Assembly: GCA_008632985.1 (NCBI GenBank)
Contig: QPGO01000006.1
Coordinates: 617,138-681,137, forward strand
Direction of reading: 5' to 3'
Length of the DNA stretch: 64,000 nucleotides
DNA from: Psammoneis japonica
Lineage: Eukaryota
Shown one piece after another: positions 11,582-23,927 of the stretch; the stretch's first letter is position 1; the number at the start of each line of letters is the position of its first letter. The translations under genes and the position numbers were made by a program. Under the pieces are notes generated by a model that had not been told where the DNA came from, made no database searches, and saw only the letters and a list, made by a program, of their open reading frames with translations.

Positions 11582-13399
11582 GCTTGATTGTGATGCTCGT
11601 TGTGATGATCAATTGATGTGTTTGTTGTTGCGACAGTGGCGCATTTCGCTTTCGTTGCGGAGTTCTCATTCCACCTGAAAGCGTTTTGCTGTGTCAAAAA
11701 TGCGCAGAATTTGTGCCAGAGGGAATGAATCCTCTTGCAGGTAAAACGGGTTATGATTCACCCCTGAACCTGCAAGAGGGAGCGTTTTCTGAGGGTTCGC
11801 ATGGCTCCTTGCAGGTCGGGTGACGTCAGGTGGCGCGCTGGGATGTTTGCATGGTGACGCACGGTGACGTCCCAGTTCAAAAAACCCGGAAAAGATGTGC
11901 CCTCGAGGGTCGGCAAGAACACTCCATTTTGCCTGGAACAGGGCGGCAATGCGGAAGGCGCAGGTTGTGTTGAACTGACCCGACTGCAGCAAGACCAGTG
12001 TCAGCTCAAGGGGACTGAGTAATTCCAGCCATGTTGTCAGTGAAACAAGCGTTGTTGGGGCCGTTTGGCAAAGACCGCCACTCTCTGTTGCTTGAACAGC
12101 AGGTGTGGTGGTGGTGCAGAGCAACCCTCACAATCTCTGGTCACATTGTCTTGTCAATTTCTCAGTGACTGCAGCATGATTTGCTGGTGTGGTGTCTGTG
12201 TCAAACTTGCAACCACGCATGAGAGATTTGGCTGCAGCTTCTCTCACAGCATGCCACCCCAAGCCATTGTGTGCCACCACCATGCTGCCCTTCTTCCACA
12301 CACCCATGAGAAAAGCAGGGAAAAGCATGTGTCAAGAAATGCGAGTCACTCAAGCAAGGTTGAAAAATGATTTTGCACCAGACTGCTCTGCAGCTCCTCT
12401 TCTGGTGGGTTTGTTTTTTGGCTGGTTCCCCCATCTTGCTGCTGCAAAAAGCAAGTCCACAAAGGGAAGCACCAACTTGGTCAGCAACTGCTCACACTCA
12501 CCAGGTTCTCTGTCATCTCATTGTGCCCTGAGTGATGCCCCCCAGCACCAGAGCACCCCAGCTCTGCTTGAGAAAAACTGCACAGCTTGACTTCTTCATT
12601 GTGAAAAAGGGCGCCCACTTGGCTGAGCACATCCGCGACAGCACCCCCCCCCCCCAACAGAGAGCTTGAGCTCATCAGGACGCGTTCCAGGTCTAGAGGT
12701 GGGACCTCGCAGCACTGAACTGTGACATCGATGGTTTTTTGAATCACGTCGCATGTCGCGCACGCAGATTTCTACGTGATTTTTTCGACATTTTGTGTCA
12801 TTTTACGGTGCACTCATTGAGCGATCCGTCCAACAACTTTTGACATTTTTTGTTGCAGCGCGATTCTTTGAGGATGGATCTACATGCTGCGGTCTGTTTT
12901 TTGGGAGCTCGCAATTTTTAGAAAAAATGACCCGGATGCATCGCAGCAAATGCGCGTGCGCTCGCAAAAAAAATTTCAGCGATCGGTCAAACTTTGTCCG
13001 TTCGCCAGACACCCTCTAGAATGCTTAAACGACAGGTGTGACCATGCGCGACTTTTACACCTTAATGACTGTAGACATGTCTGTAGCCAGTCAAATGCCA
13101 CTCATCGGCATTTCCCAGAAAGTCGCCGCCAATCTCCCACAAGAAGCCCGATTTTAGCGAAAATTTGTGGTTTTTTCTACCTGACAACATGGCATGGGTC
13201 GACAAGTGGCATTTGAAGTGCCAAATGTGCAGCTCTTGCAGCCGTCTAACAGCCCCTGTGAGGGTTTGACGAACGCACACAGCTTGTCACGCAGCCAACC
13301 TAGATGTCGCATTAATCCCACGCAACTGGTGGGAAAATTTATTCACCACACAAAAGGCCAAAGCAAAAGACTCAAACACGTCAGTGACAAAACAAATTG

Positions 13400-16300
13400 A
13401 GCAATTGACATTTGACATGCACATCCATTGCGACGACGACTCCGTCCTGACAAGCGACCCCACAATGAAACCCTTGTCGAAGTCAATCGCACTGCGGTGT
13501 GCTTTGAACTCCTTGACAAGTTTTTCAATTGCCTCCAGAGACATGGCATCCTGCTTGATCTCTTGAGAGATGTCAGGCTGTGAAAGAACCATGCAAGCAC
13601 AAATGTGTCGTCGAGCGCATCAAGAAAACTTGCGAATTCTCTCGGTGGCAAGTGCATCGGCCGATGATGATTCTCGCACCAGTGCTCTAAAGTTCTTTTT
13701 TCCCTTTTTCCTTGACAAAGGTTGCAGACAATGGTGTTGCTTTGCCAGTCCCCAGGAATGTTCCATGCCTTCCCCAGCCATTTCTGGATGACACTTGGGT
13801 GTTCGATTGATTGTTGCACCTGTTTTTTGACCCATCATTTGCAACAACGTCTCCTCGTTGACAAAATCATTGCAGGCAGACATCAAGTGCAGCAGAGATG
13901 TGGACTTGTCAATCTCGCCGTCTGCACCCTTTGTGCCATCCATTGCACACTCACTGGGGTTGTTTGGATCAATGAATCCACGCTCGTGCAAGATTTGCTT
14001 CAAACCTTTTGCTTTGTCGCACCATCCATGCTTCACTTTTTGAACCGTTTCTTCCACAGGTGCATTGTTGATCTTGGCCACATCAATCAAATCGTCCTTC
14101 TTCTTGCCCCTGATGTTCTTGATGTTCTTTTGCAGGAGTTTGTCACAGAGTTCAGGGCGCAAAAACTTCCGAGTTTCAGTTTCTCCTGCGACAGGTGCGT
14201 CACACTTCTCGGCTTGTCGTTGCTCCGGTGTCATCCAATGCGGCCCCTCATCATTCTCACCAAAAACCATTGTCTGCATTGATCCTGCAGACAGCGCTCC
14301 AATGGCCTCAGCATGTGGGCCTGGAAAGCCCTCTGCCTGCAGAATCTCAGCAGGGTGCATTTTGCTCTGGCTGCCACCAACGCCTGTGTTCATCGTGTGT
14401 TTGTTGCAAATCAGTCCGTCGGCTCTCTGCTTGTCATGCCCGCAAGAATGGTCAAAGAGGAAATGACATTCAAGCTGCGGATGCATGACCTTCAAACAGT
14501 CAACACAATCCTCCAGCTGGATCAACAGACGTGTTCCAGGTCTAGGTGGGACCTCGCACTGCTGAACTGTGACATCGACAGTTTTTTGAATTGCATCGTA
14601 TGTTGCGCACGTACATTTCTACGTGATTTTGGCGAAATTTTGCATCATTTTACAGTGCAATTGTCAGGCGATCCATTGAACAACTTTTAACATTTTTTTC
14701 TTCTACGCCATTCTCGAGTGTCTTAAGAATGGTGCAGGGCAGGTGCATTGTCCAAAACTTCGAGTACGAACAGAGATGTGTGCACTGCAAACTTGGCCGT
14801 TCATTTCATGTCGAAGACAAACATGTCCATTGACCAGAGTACGAACTACAGAGCTCGCACGTAGAATTCTACGGGGCAAATGTCACAAAAAGTCCCACCT
14901 GGGACTGGAACCCGTCAACATGTGGTTGCAATTCCAGTGGCCTTCATTGTTGGCGCCATGTTCAAACTCACGAAGAAATGGGCTCTCAGTCAGTTTTGGC
15001 TCATGTTGCTTTTTACCAAACACCACTTCTGCGGCTTCTTCATCAGTGCAGCACTTGCCTGTGCGAGTTGCACCCGTCTCTGCAAGCTGCTCTTGTGACA
15101 CATCGGCATCACGCATGAGGCCAACCTCGCGGCACTGGAACAAGGACTCCATTGCGCCTTCACCATCATCTTTTGGTGGCAGAGGTCTTTCACTGTCAGG
15201 ACCTGACCAAGATTTTGTGCTGAGTGAGCACTGCTTGAAAATGGCTTTGTCTTGTCCAAAGATCATAACTGGCTTTTCATTTGGGTCCTTGCGCATGCTT
15301 TTGCTCCCCCCAAACTGCACAGACAGCTTCTCGGCAAGGATTGGATGGGCAGGGTCCATGACAGTGTCGATGTGGTGTTCCACAAAATCGTCCCCATCAA
15401 CTTGGCATTCACATCCCACTTTGGCTGGGAGTGCTTCAGCCATCATCAGGTCCATTGCAATGGCTTTTGGTGGCTGCATCCAGCGCAAGGTACGCCGTTC
15501 TTTCGTGAGGCATCTGCGGACCATTGCATTCCTGTGCCTCACATTTTCCGGTCGTTCATGATTGTCAACGCAGTGCATCTTTTTGTTTGGTCTACATTTG
15601 AAACCAAACTGGTTCATCCAATTAGAAACAGCATTGGAGGAGATGCTTTGTTGGTTTTCCCTGGTGAGCAATCCATGCTGATTCAGGAACTCCCGTTCCG
15701 ATTGAAAAATTTCCTCCCCACTCTTGCGGCGGCCTTCATTCTCTCTCTTTAAGAATTCTGGTGCAAGTGTTTCATGGAAGTGGTCTGTGGCCACCTCAGC
15801 AGAAAGTCGAGATAGATTGGATGACACAAACTTGATGAATTTCCGCTTCATCTTCGGGTGTGCTTGGAATGCCGGTGGATCTCCCTTTCCTTTTGGGCGC
15901 GGGTGCGGAAATGAATTTGGGCACCTAAAGATCTCACGCCACACAGCTGCGGTTTGGCAACTTTTTACAAAGTTGACACCTGCACCGCTAAGATCATCCA
16001 TGGCAAGCTGGCAACACTGCAGCCAGGCAGTCTTCCCTTCCGGCAGCCTCTTCAAGGCGCAGTCCAGAGCAACAGTGAGATGCTGGCATCGCAGTCGCAT
16101 CATGTGCACGTCGTTCTGCGCACAAAGATCATCTGGATCCCCACCTTCAATGACTTCTCTCCATCCATCATGAGATGCAAAACCAGTTGCCAACTTGTCA
16201 ATCCATTTCTCTGTAGCAGCTTTTGCACTCTCCCCGTTTGCTGCATTAAAAAGACACTTTGCCCTCTTGTCGTCCCAGCAGCTGCCGACAATCTGGGTCA

Positions 16301-17026
16301 AATTGTCAGTGTCAGAGTCCTCACCAGAGCTTTCTTTTTCTTCTTCTCCTTCTTTTGATGCGTTGCTGTTTGCATCTTCTTTTCTTTTCTTTTCTTTTGC
16401 TTGTGCTGGTTTTTGCTTGTCATTTTTACCAGCGCCAATGCATCATGCGCCAACGGCCGTTTGTTCATGCTGTCTCGAGTTGCCGCTTTCTCCTCGTGTT
16501 TCTTCAAAGTCAGCATCACATCAGTGAGTTCTTTCATCTTTCCAGGAACAAACTTTGGCACTTCTCCTTCTTCACAGGCACAGTGCACCACGACGTTGGC
16601 ATTCTTCTTGCCATTGTGCTGGCCCTTGAATTTCTTGCGAAAAATTCCCTGCGTGTTCTCATCTGCTGTGTCTTTGTCAACATTGGGGAAACCCTTGGAC
16701 ACTGCTGAATTCAGTGCTGACGCATTCAAGGTCATGTCCTTGTCAAATGTGTGTGCTTCTTTTAGCATGTGGACAAAGCAATTTGCTTCTGTCCATTTGT
16801 GATGAAACGTGGGGGTCTTGCATGCCGCCATGAACTGGGAAGTGACAATTCCGGCAGGTGTCGATCGAGACACTCGGAGCACATCACCTTGGTGGCTCAG
16901 AATGACAGTTTGTGAGCGATCTGCAAACAAACCTCCAAGTGGACGCAATTGGGAGTTGTCAAAAAACGCACCTTTCGGGCAGCGCCATTTTGGTTCGATG
17001 CTCGTGCTTTTCCCCATGCTTTTCAT
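13400..17026 (-). pseudogene. DDE transposase pseudogene (IS630/Tc1-like), interrupted by a MITE
   Basis: Triad-like motifs IFGQD(K), FLFDHSCGHD and RTPKCHPEMAGEGMEHSWG, then RKFS*CARRHICAC and HRSAIDFD. Removing the MITE and one TSD restores NHMLIQLEDC in frame. Ends approximate. Confidence 0.85.
14528..14916. mobile_element. 389-bp MITE, TIR GACG(T/G)GTTCCAG, 4-bp TSD AACA
   Basis: AACA at 14524-14527 and 14917-14920; inserted in the transposase reading frame. Confidence 0.92.
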
Positions 17027-17447
17027 GTCCAGAAACGGCCGCCGATGACGTCATTTTTGAAACGTCACAAAATTCTAGCATGTTCCACACATTTTCTGCG
17101 GCATCTGCATTTTCTGCATGACAAGCTGCAAGTGTTTGGGGGTGTTCCGAGGCAGGTCAAAACAACACGGTGAAGTGCGGGAAATGCGAGCTATTTTAAA
17201 TTAGACCACAGCACGTAGATCCATCCTCAATGTCTTGCTAAAAGAATCGCACAGGGCAGGCGCATTTGCAAAAACGTCAAGTGGCAAGAGGCACAATTGT
17301 GCCACAAACTTGGCCATTCATTTGATTTTGAAGACAAATGTGTCCATCAATTAAATTCTTGCACTGCGGAGCTCGCACGTAGAATTCTGCGGGCCCAATG
17401 TCACACGGAGTCCCACCTCTAGCAGCTGGGGCTGGAACGCATCTCAG

Positions 17448-20400
17448 ACCCTCTCTCTGGCTGACCAAATGTCCTCAACCGCACCATTGCCCACCACCTT
17501 GTTTTTGGACACACCACACACACATGCACACCTCACAGCCACACCAAGATGTGCGCCATGCCCACAGAAATGAGCCAAAAATGTGGTTTTTCATCATCTG
17601 AAAAAAGAAAAGGAGCTGCTGCTGCTCTTTTTTCTGAGGCATGACGAGAGCAATTTTTGAGCTGCCCTGCAGATCAAGTTCATTTGCAAAGGAGAGGCAG
17701 CACTGTTTGAGCAGCCGCCACGTGCACAGGGTGCCTCTCTTGGCTGTTTGTCCACAGAGCTGGCATGCACAAAGTGGAAGCAGGACTTTTTTCTTTCTCC
17801 AATGGACACACAGTTTGGGAGGGGTGCACAGGCTTCCAGCCAAAATTCTGGCTTGGCCTGTTTGCACCATGGCTTGTGCTGCTTCAACAAGAAACTTGTC
17901 ATGGGTGCCCATGTGGAGGAGAAGATGAACAACCAGAAAGAGATCCAATCCCAGATCCCTCACTTGACTTGCAAGGCTGGGCCACACAAAAAGCTGCTGC
18001 TGGCCAGCTCTGTGCAGTGGGAGGGCTGGGTGCCTCCCAAAAAAAGATTCTTTGCTGGGCACAAGAGAGAAGCACCCAGCAGAAACATCTTGGTGCAACT
18101 CATTGCACCTCCTTGTTCTTGTTGCACAGCTGGTGTGAAACAAATCTTGCAAAGGATGCTGTGAGCTGCTGGAAAAAAACCAAGATGTGGCCTTTTTTCA
18201 AGGTTTTGAGAGTTTTGCCACAAAGCGGCTTCACACAGCCCAAACTGAGCAGCAGCACACAAGTGTGCTGCCACACTTCATTGTGGCCTCTTTTTTTTAA
18301 GTTTTGCAGAGCATGCTGGCACCTTTCAGGTCCAGCAGGGGCACATGTTTGCTTGCAACAGGAGCACCAAATGCTGGTCTGTGTGTGTGTGGGCAGCATG
18401 GCAACACAAAAGAAGATGGAAAGCCCAGGTTGGTGCTGTGCAGCAACTCTGCACATGGCCACATTTTTGCCACATTGCTGGCTGCATGCTCTTGGCCATC
18501 ATCAGGCTGTTTTGGCACTTCTCCCTGCCTTTTTCTTGTGGCTTGCATGACAGGTTGAGTTGACAGAGAAATGGCACACGTGCGCTGCTGGCCCGGCAGC
18601 CAAAAACTGCTGAGCATGTGTCACCCAGCTCAATCTCACAATTTCCTCTGTGCTCTCTCATCGCAAAGCAATGTTTGTGATTTGCCAGAGCCAAAGAAGC
18701 AAAGCAAACCACATTTTTTCAGGGTGCTGGGGGGTCTTGCAGCTGGCAGGCAGGGCAGAGGGGGGGACAAAGAAAAAAACAGAGAGCGCTGGAAGAGGAA
18801 GAGCACACAGCCCCCCCCCCCCCCGACGGGTTCTAGTCCTGGAGGTGGGACTTTTTGTGACAAGCTCCGCAGCAAAATTGTCAAGCAATGCACACATGAA
18901 TGATCACCAACAGAAAAGAGGCAATTTTGCGAACGCATCTCCTCCTCCACACTTGAAGCACATTCTTTGCAGCAGAGTCCATCACACATCAAGACCCACC
19001 CAAGATCTCCATCCATGGAGACACCACAATGTTTGCACATTTCGGAATTGCGCGCCTCTGAACATCAAAGAACACGTTGAACTTGTCACAAAAAAATCTT
19101 CACTTTTTTTCAAATCCGAACAGTTGATGAGTTCAGCGCATGAACCAAAATGTCCAACAAGCCGAGGCTGATGCAGAGGTCGTGATTTAAGGTGGGTCAT
19201 CCCCGCGTCCATCCTAGAAATTGTCGTGGCATTTGAACAAGGATGTTTACAGTGTTTGTTTTTGAACACAAAAATCACCCACATTCACCCCCGATCACGC
19301 ACGAAAACGAGAACATCAGGCACCGTGATCGAAGCACGATGATGACGGCAATGTCGACATGAGTCCAAAACGCAGTGGTCCGTGCGCAAACATTTGATGC
19401 ACATGTGACCTTAGACACACAACAAGCATAAAATAAATGAAAGTTGACGCACGGCCCACCTCCATCACAGACTTATGGCTTGATGTTTTCACCACGGTGA
19501 AGCACGGTGGAATTCAAGAAAAATCATGCAAATCATGAGCCATTCGGCCAAATTCGAGCTAAAAAAAGTGGGGGATGACCCGCCTTAAGACCCACGCAGA
19601 AATGTGCATGATTTGAGTGCTGGAGATTAGACCGTGCTGCGCAAGGGCCAAGATTTTTCTGGGGGGTAAAAAGGGCGACAATCGACTGCTCTCGTCGTGC
19701 TCTTTCGAACACGATGCCTCTCAAATTTTTTCGACCAAAAGAAAATTCCACGCACTTTTTGCACTGCGACCCATGACAGGCCTCAACTTGTGCTGGGTCT
19801 TGTTTTGGGATGGACTCTGTGCCCGGGCACATTCTTCAGACATCAAAGAACACACCCAGTGCATTTTCATTGACATGAGTGTAGATGACAGAAAGCCTTT
19901 GGCTTTGCAAAACACGCAGTGTGGAACAATTTTTTACAACAGAACACGTGGAAATGCACACGCGAAACATGCTGTGGATGACAAAAAACAATTGTGTCAC
20001 AGTTCAGCAGCACGAGGTCCCACCTCCAGCAGAGCTGGAACACATTCCCCCCCACATCCACAAGCCCAAGAGCACCAGTGAAAAAATCACATTCTCTGGC
20101 ACCTTTCATGTGTGCACCGTGAAAGCCTGCTGTCTTGATGAGCAACAACCAGCGGCATCATGAACGAGCTTTGGGCTGTGGGCCTGTGCACAGAGCAGCT
20201 GTGCCAGCACCGAAATTGATTTTCTATGACAAACATTTTAAATGTTTCAAAGAACATGCGTGCATGCCCAAAAGTCATGAGCTGATGATTTCACAAACTG
20301 GAAGTTGGGGACGAGGAGCGGCTGTTGGGTTGTGGTGCACCCAGGCCACACAGCCAATTTTCATTGCTTTTGTTGGCAGTTTGGGGTGGAGTGTTCCATT

Positions 20401-20550
20401 TGTCTTGATGCTGCAAAATTCAGATTTACCAAAAGCATCACGAAAGAGACTCCGGGACAGACCGCCGGAAGGAAAGGAAGGCGAGGGCAGGGAGGGCGGA
20501 AGCATTCGTGCTCGTAGAACGCAATGCTGCTGCCGGTATTTCAAACGGTA
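17448..20550. mobile_element. Degenerate TpA-depleted host repeat (continues at 11929-12674) into which the nested elements inserted
   Basis: TA-depleted, with no assignable domain; bounds approximate. Confidence 0.45.
18825..20047. mobile_element. Non-autonomous member (about 1.2 kb) of the same GAC...GTC family, opposite orientation, inserted in a poly-C tract
   Basis: Starts GACGGGTTCTAGTCCTGGAGGTGGGACTTTTTGTGACA and ends GTCACAGTTCAGCAGCACGAGGTCCCACCT...CTGGAACACATT(C); CCCC on both sides. Confidence 0.75.
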
Positions 20551-20938
20551 CTGAAATTCATTTGCTACAGCCATGAATACATTTCAAATACATCAAAGAA
20601 CACGCAGGCCCAAAAGTCATGTGCTGATGACGTCACGAACTTGGAGTCGGAAACGAGAAACGATTGGGTGGTGGCCTATTCTGATTCAGTACAAACCACG
20701 TAGAAAGCTACGCCGACAATCGTCAGTCGTGACGACACAAATTCGCAGACGCTCGGTTCAGTTCGCATCGAGAACTTGCTTTATTCCAATGGCCATCAAC
20801 AGCTGCTGCGGCTAAAAAAAAAACAAAAGCGTTCCATATACCAACAACAACAACACCGCTCTGTCAGCTACAAACTGCTAATTTGCTATTATTACACCCC
20901 TCCTAAACACACACACACATCCTACTACTTACTGCAAC

Positions 20939-22924
20939 ATGAGATTTCTTGCAAGCGCATTGGCAATGCTTCTTCTGGCGCACAACAACTCGGCTCGTGC
21001 CTTTCTCGCTCCGACTGCAAAATCAACAAGAAGCATATTGTTACGTTACAAGGATAATCAAAAATTCTTGGAAGATGCCAGTGATTTGATGAATGCCATG
21101 AAAATGTCGAGCGTGGCAGAACCGCCTGTAGAAGAAGCAACAACAGCCATGCCAGAATTGGGATCGGATGGTATTTATCATCTACTCAACGAAGAGCAAC
21201 ACAAGTAAGTTTTAATACATAAACTGTGTGTTTTGAATACATAAGTTTGTTGTACATAAGTCATTCTAACACAATTCTATAACTTCTTATTTCATAACAT
21301 TACAGAGCATTCTTGGCAGCTCATCCGGACAAACTTGTGGTGTTAAAGTTTTTTGCTCCGTGGTGTCGCGCGTGCAAAGGCCTCGAACCGAAATTCAAAG
21401 CCATTGTCAATGATCCAAAGTACAAGGACTTGCCCATTGTGTTTTGTGACTTGACGGTACAACACAACAAGGCCTACATCAAATCCCTCGGTGTGTTGGC
21501 GTTGCCCTCGATTCATCTCTATGCCGGTTCGGCCGGTTTGATTGAAAACTTTCCCTGTGGACCGAGCAAGGTGCCCATTTTGAAACGCAAATTAACAAAA
21601 CACGTCAATGATTACATTGATGCAGCGACCAAACAACTCAAGGAATTGCCGGAACTCATGGAAGAATCCGATTGTGAGACGGAACCCTGTATTGTACGGG
21701 CCGTAGTGGGTGGTGTCATGGTGAGTGACGCGCAGTTGGATTATCTGCGCAACGAGGTGCCCTTTTTCAAGGACTTTACCGAAGACGAGTTTTATGGTCT
21801 CATGGAAAAGGCCAAATTGGAAACGTTTGAACCCGGCAGTGTCATTATGCGTCAGGGCAAACCGGGCAAACGATTCTTTGTCATTCAAGAGGGACAAGTC
21901 GAAGTGGCCGTCAAGACGGCCTTTGAGGATCCCCTCACGACACCGCCGTCGTATTTGGGTGCCGTGGTGAATCGACTTGAGGCCAATCAGTATTTTGGAG
22001 AACGTACATTGATTACGGGTGAACCGCGTGCGGCGAGTATTCGTGCCGTCGAAAAGACGCGGTGCTTTTGTTTTCATCAAGACGACATTCCGTCTTCGTC
22101 GGTGCTGAGTGGTAAGGGAACCGCAACCAGTGAGCGGATCCAACAAGTCAATGACAAGTATGGTGTGGATGTCTATGATATTGATTTTATCAAGGATCAA
22201 TTTACAAGAGCCAATGTGGAGAATCAAAAACGAGGATCTGTTAATACCCCGGAAGTCATTCGAGGCGTTGACACGGATTCCGATGTTGAGGACGATGTGT
22301 CTGTGGAATTACCACCGCAACAACAAGAACGGTTCGGCTCTCCGCGAGACGAATTGATTATTCCTCTTTTGGTTCGTTTCAAGTTGATTCGTCATGCCGG
22401 CACGGTGTTTTGATTACATTATGCAAACCAAACCCAAGTGGGGTGACGCTGGTGAATTGAAGCGACGCACCATGTTGGTGGAACGACTTACGATTGCGCA
22501 ACGGGTGGAATTTACAGATGTCTTTAACATTATTGATTCAGTGGTGACGGACAGATTGAATTGATTGAATTGAAGCGTGTTATGGAAAGCATTGGAGAGC
22601 ACAAGACGGATGAAGAGTTAAAGGAAATGATCAACAAGGGCGACCCGTCTGTCGATGGCAACACGGTCATTAGCTTTCAGACTTTATGGGAATCATGGCG
22701 GAAGCGGAGTTTTATCACTTGTTCAAGGATACCTTTAGCGCCTTGGACAAGTACAATTCCGGTTATGTCAAGGCTTCGGATTTGGACCGCGTGCTTGTGG
22801 AGTGCGGGATTTGATTAGTGACGACCAAATGGTGACCATTATTGATGTGGAGGACAAGGACATGATGATCGATTACGATCAATTCTCACAAATGCTTCTT
22901 GGAAGTGGACAAGCCACAGTGTAA
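20939..22924 (+). CDS. Plastid-targeted thioredoxin-like (WCRAC) + cyclic-nucleotide-binding + EF-hand protein; intron 21205-21305; four apparent 1-bp indels in the 3' part
   Basis: ARA-FLAP presequence; FFAPWCRACK; cNMP motifs IMRQGKPGKRFFVIQEGQV and YFGERTLITGEPRAASIRA; EF-hands DxSGDGQIELIEL and LDKYNSGYVKASDL, recovered by correcting frameshifts near 22398, 22540, 22680 and 22796. Confidence 0.8.
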
Positions 22925-22944
22925 TTTAATCCTACTCGTACGAA

Positions 22945-23220
22945 CTCTAGTAGACTACATGCAAGAACACTCTCTCTCTAGCTAGTAGTAGCTATAGCTA
23001 CTTCTACTCTAGCTAGAGCTAATAGCTACTCTAGTCTTAGAAGTACTTACTACAGCTAGCTAGCTACCTCTACTCTAGCTAGGGCTAATAGCTACTCTAG
23101 TCTTAGAAGTACTTACTACAGCTAGCTAGCTACATCTACTCTGGCTCTAGTAGAGCTAAGACCTACTCTCTCTAGCTACTCTAGAGTAGAGAGTCTTAGA
23201 AGTACTTCTACTTCTGTACT
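22945..23220. repeat. CTAG/CTAC-rich low-complexity tract with an internal direct duplication
   Basis: GCTAATAGCTACTCTAGTCTTAGAAGTACTTACTACAGCTAGCTAGCTAC at about 23018 and 23084; partial third copy near 23190. Confidence 0.85.
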
Positions 23221-23426
23221 CGTGAGATCATCGTCACGTGATGTGAACTACTGGTTGTTCCGTCCCACGACTGAAAGGAACACCGATGCGCGTAGCACGC
23301 CATACAAATCCTACGACAGATTGAAGAACTGCGAAACTTGTTCTCAACGCGACTTCCGATCTTGCTCGGTATCGCCAATAATTTCTTTTTTCGTCCCTTG
23401 TTTGGGAAGAGAGTTCATCGCAAGCC

Positions 23427-23927
23427 ATGTCTTTTTCATCTTGTATTGCCTCATTTGAAGACCAGAGAGGAACGTATGAAGCCTGCATCTACGGCAGTAG
23501 CTTTGTCATTCTCATATTCGTCGGATTGCCCATGCGCTGTGCATCGGATGCCGTCAAGCAATATTGGGCCAGGCGCTTGCCCTTTGAGCAACTCGACGAT
23601 CAACAAAGAATTGAAGCAAAAAGTCTCTGCAAAACCGCCATGATCCTTTCTCCGATTGGAGTTCTTGCATACATTCTGTCAGTGATCTTTTTCTTTCCAA
23701 AATGCTCCTGCCAGGACCCCCAAGCCTGCGATATCTGCCGAGTACGAGTGAATGGGATTCCTTTCGGGAGTTGTTACAAGTTTGCAACGGGTCTAGGAGC
23801 TCTCGTGGCACTTATGTTTCTTTTAATCTCCTTCTCGGCGATCAAAAAGATGCGTGAATTGAATGGTTATTCTTCGCTTTCGAGCGTGAGATATGAGCAT
23901 GTTGGACGTAGTACGGAAATGGTTTAG
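23427..23927 (+). CDS. Small hypothetical membrane protein (about 3 TM helices, Cys-rich loop)
   Basis: ATG-initiated 166-aa ORF with normal composition and hydrophobic segments; no family recognised. Confidence 0.5.
   Translation: MSFSSCIASFEDQRGTYEACIYGSSFVILIFVGLPMRCASDAVKQYWARRLPFEQLDDQQRIEAKSLCKTAMILSPIGVLAYILSVIFFFPKCSCQDPQACDICRVRVNGIPFGSCYKFATGLGALVALMFLLISFSAIKKMRELNGYSSLSSVRYEHVGRSTEMV

Larger units (their letters stand above)
7318..11925. mobile_element. PIF/Harbinger-like DNA transposon (about 4.6 kb) with 21-bp TIRs, 3-bp TSD ATT and two convergent ORFs
   Basis: Left TIR AGAGTGTTCTTACCGACCCTC (7318-7338); right TIR reverse complement GGAGTGTTCTTGCCGACCCTC (11905-11925). ATT at 7315-7317 and 11926-11928. 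Contains a DDE_Tnp_4-type ORF (+) and a second ORF (-). Confidence 0.85.
12871..17227 (-). mobile_element. IS630/Tc1/mariner-like DNA transposon with about 25-bp TIRs
   Basis: AGGATGGATCTACATGCTGCGGTCT (12871-12895) is inverted at 17203-17227 with 2 mismatches. It is flanked by TG (left) and CA (right), consistent with a mutated TA TSD, and encodes a DDE transposase. Confidence 0.7.
12679..17443. mobile_element. GAC...GTC MITE copy (about 408 bp: 12679-12870 + 17228-17443) split by an IS630/Tc1-like element; 4-bp TSD TCAG
   Basis: Termini GACGCGTTCCAG / CTGGAACGCATC; TCAG at 12675-12678 and 17444-17447. The two halves align collinearly with the intact MITE at 14528-14916. Confidence 0.8.

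Noticed and set aside
12644..12656. Poly-C tracts (also 18811-18824 and 61314-61327) as functional elements
   Set aside because: Simple homopolymers with unreliable length and no supporting context.
7318..17227. ADAR/APOBEC editing of retro-intermediates, or an alternative genetic code
   Set aside because: DNA transposons, both strands, non-coding repeats and TSD junctions are all affected, while host genes use Tyr normally.
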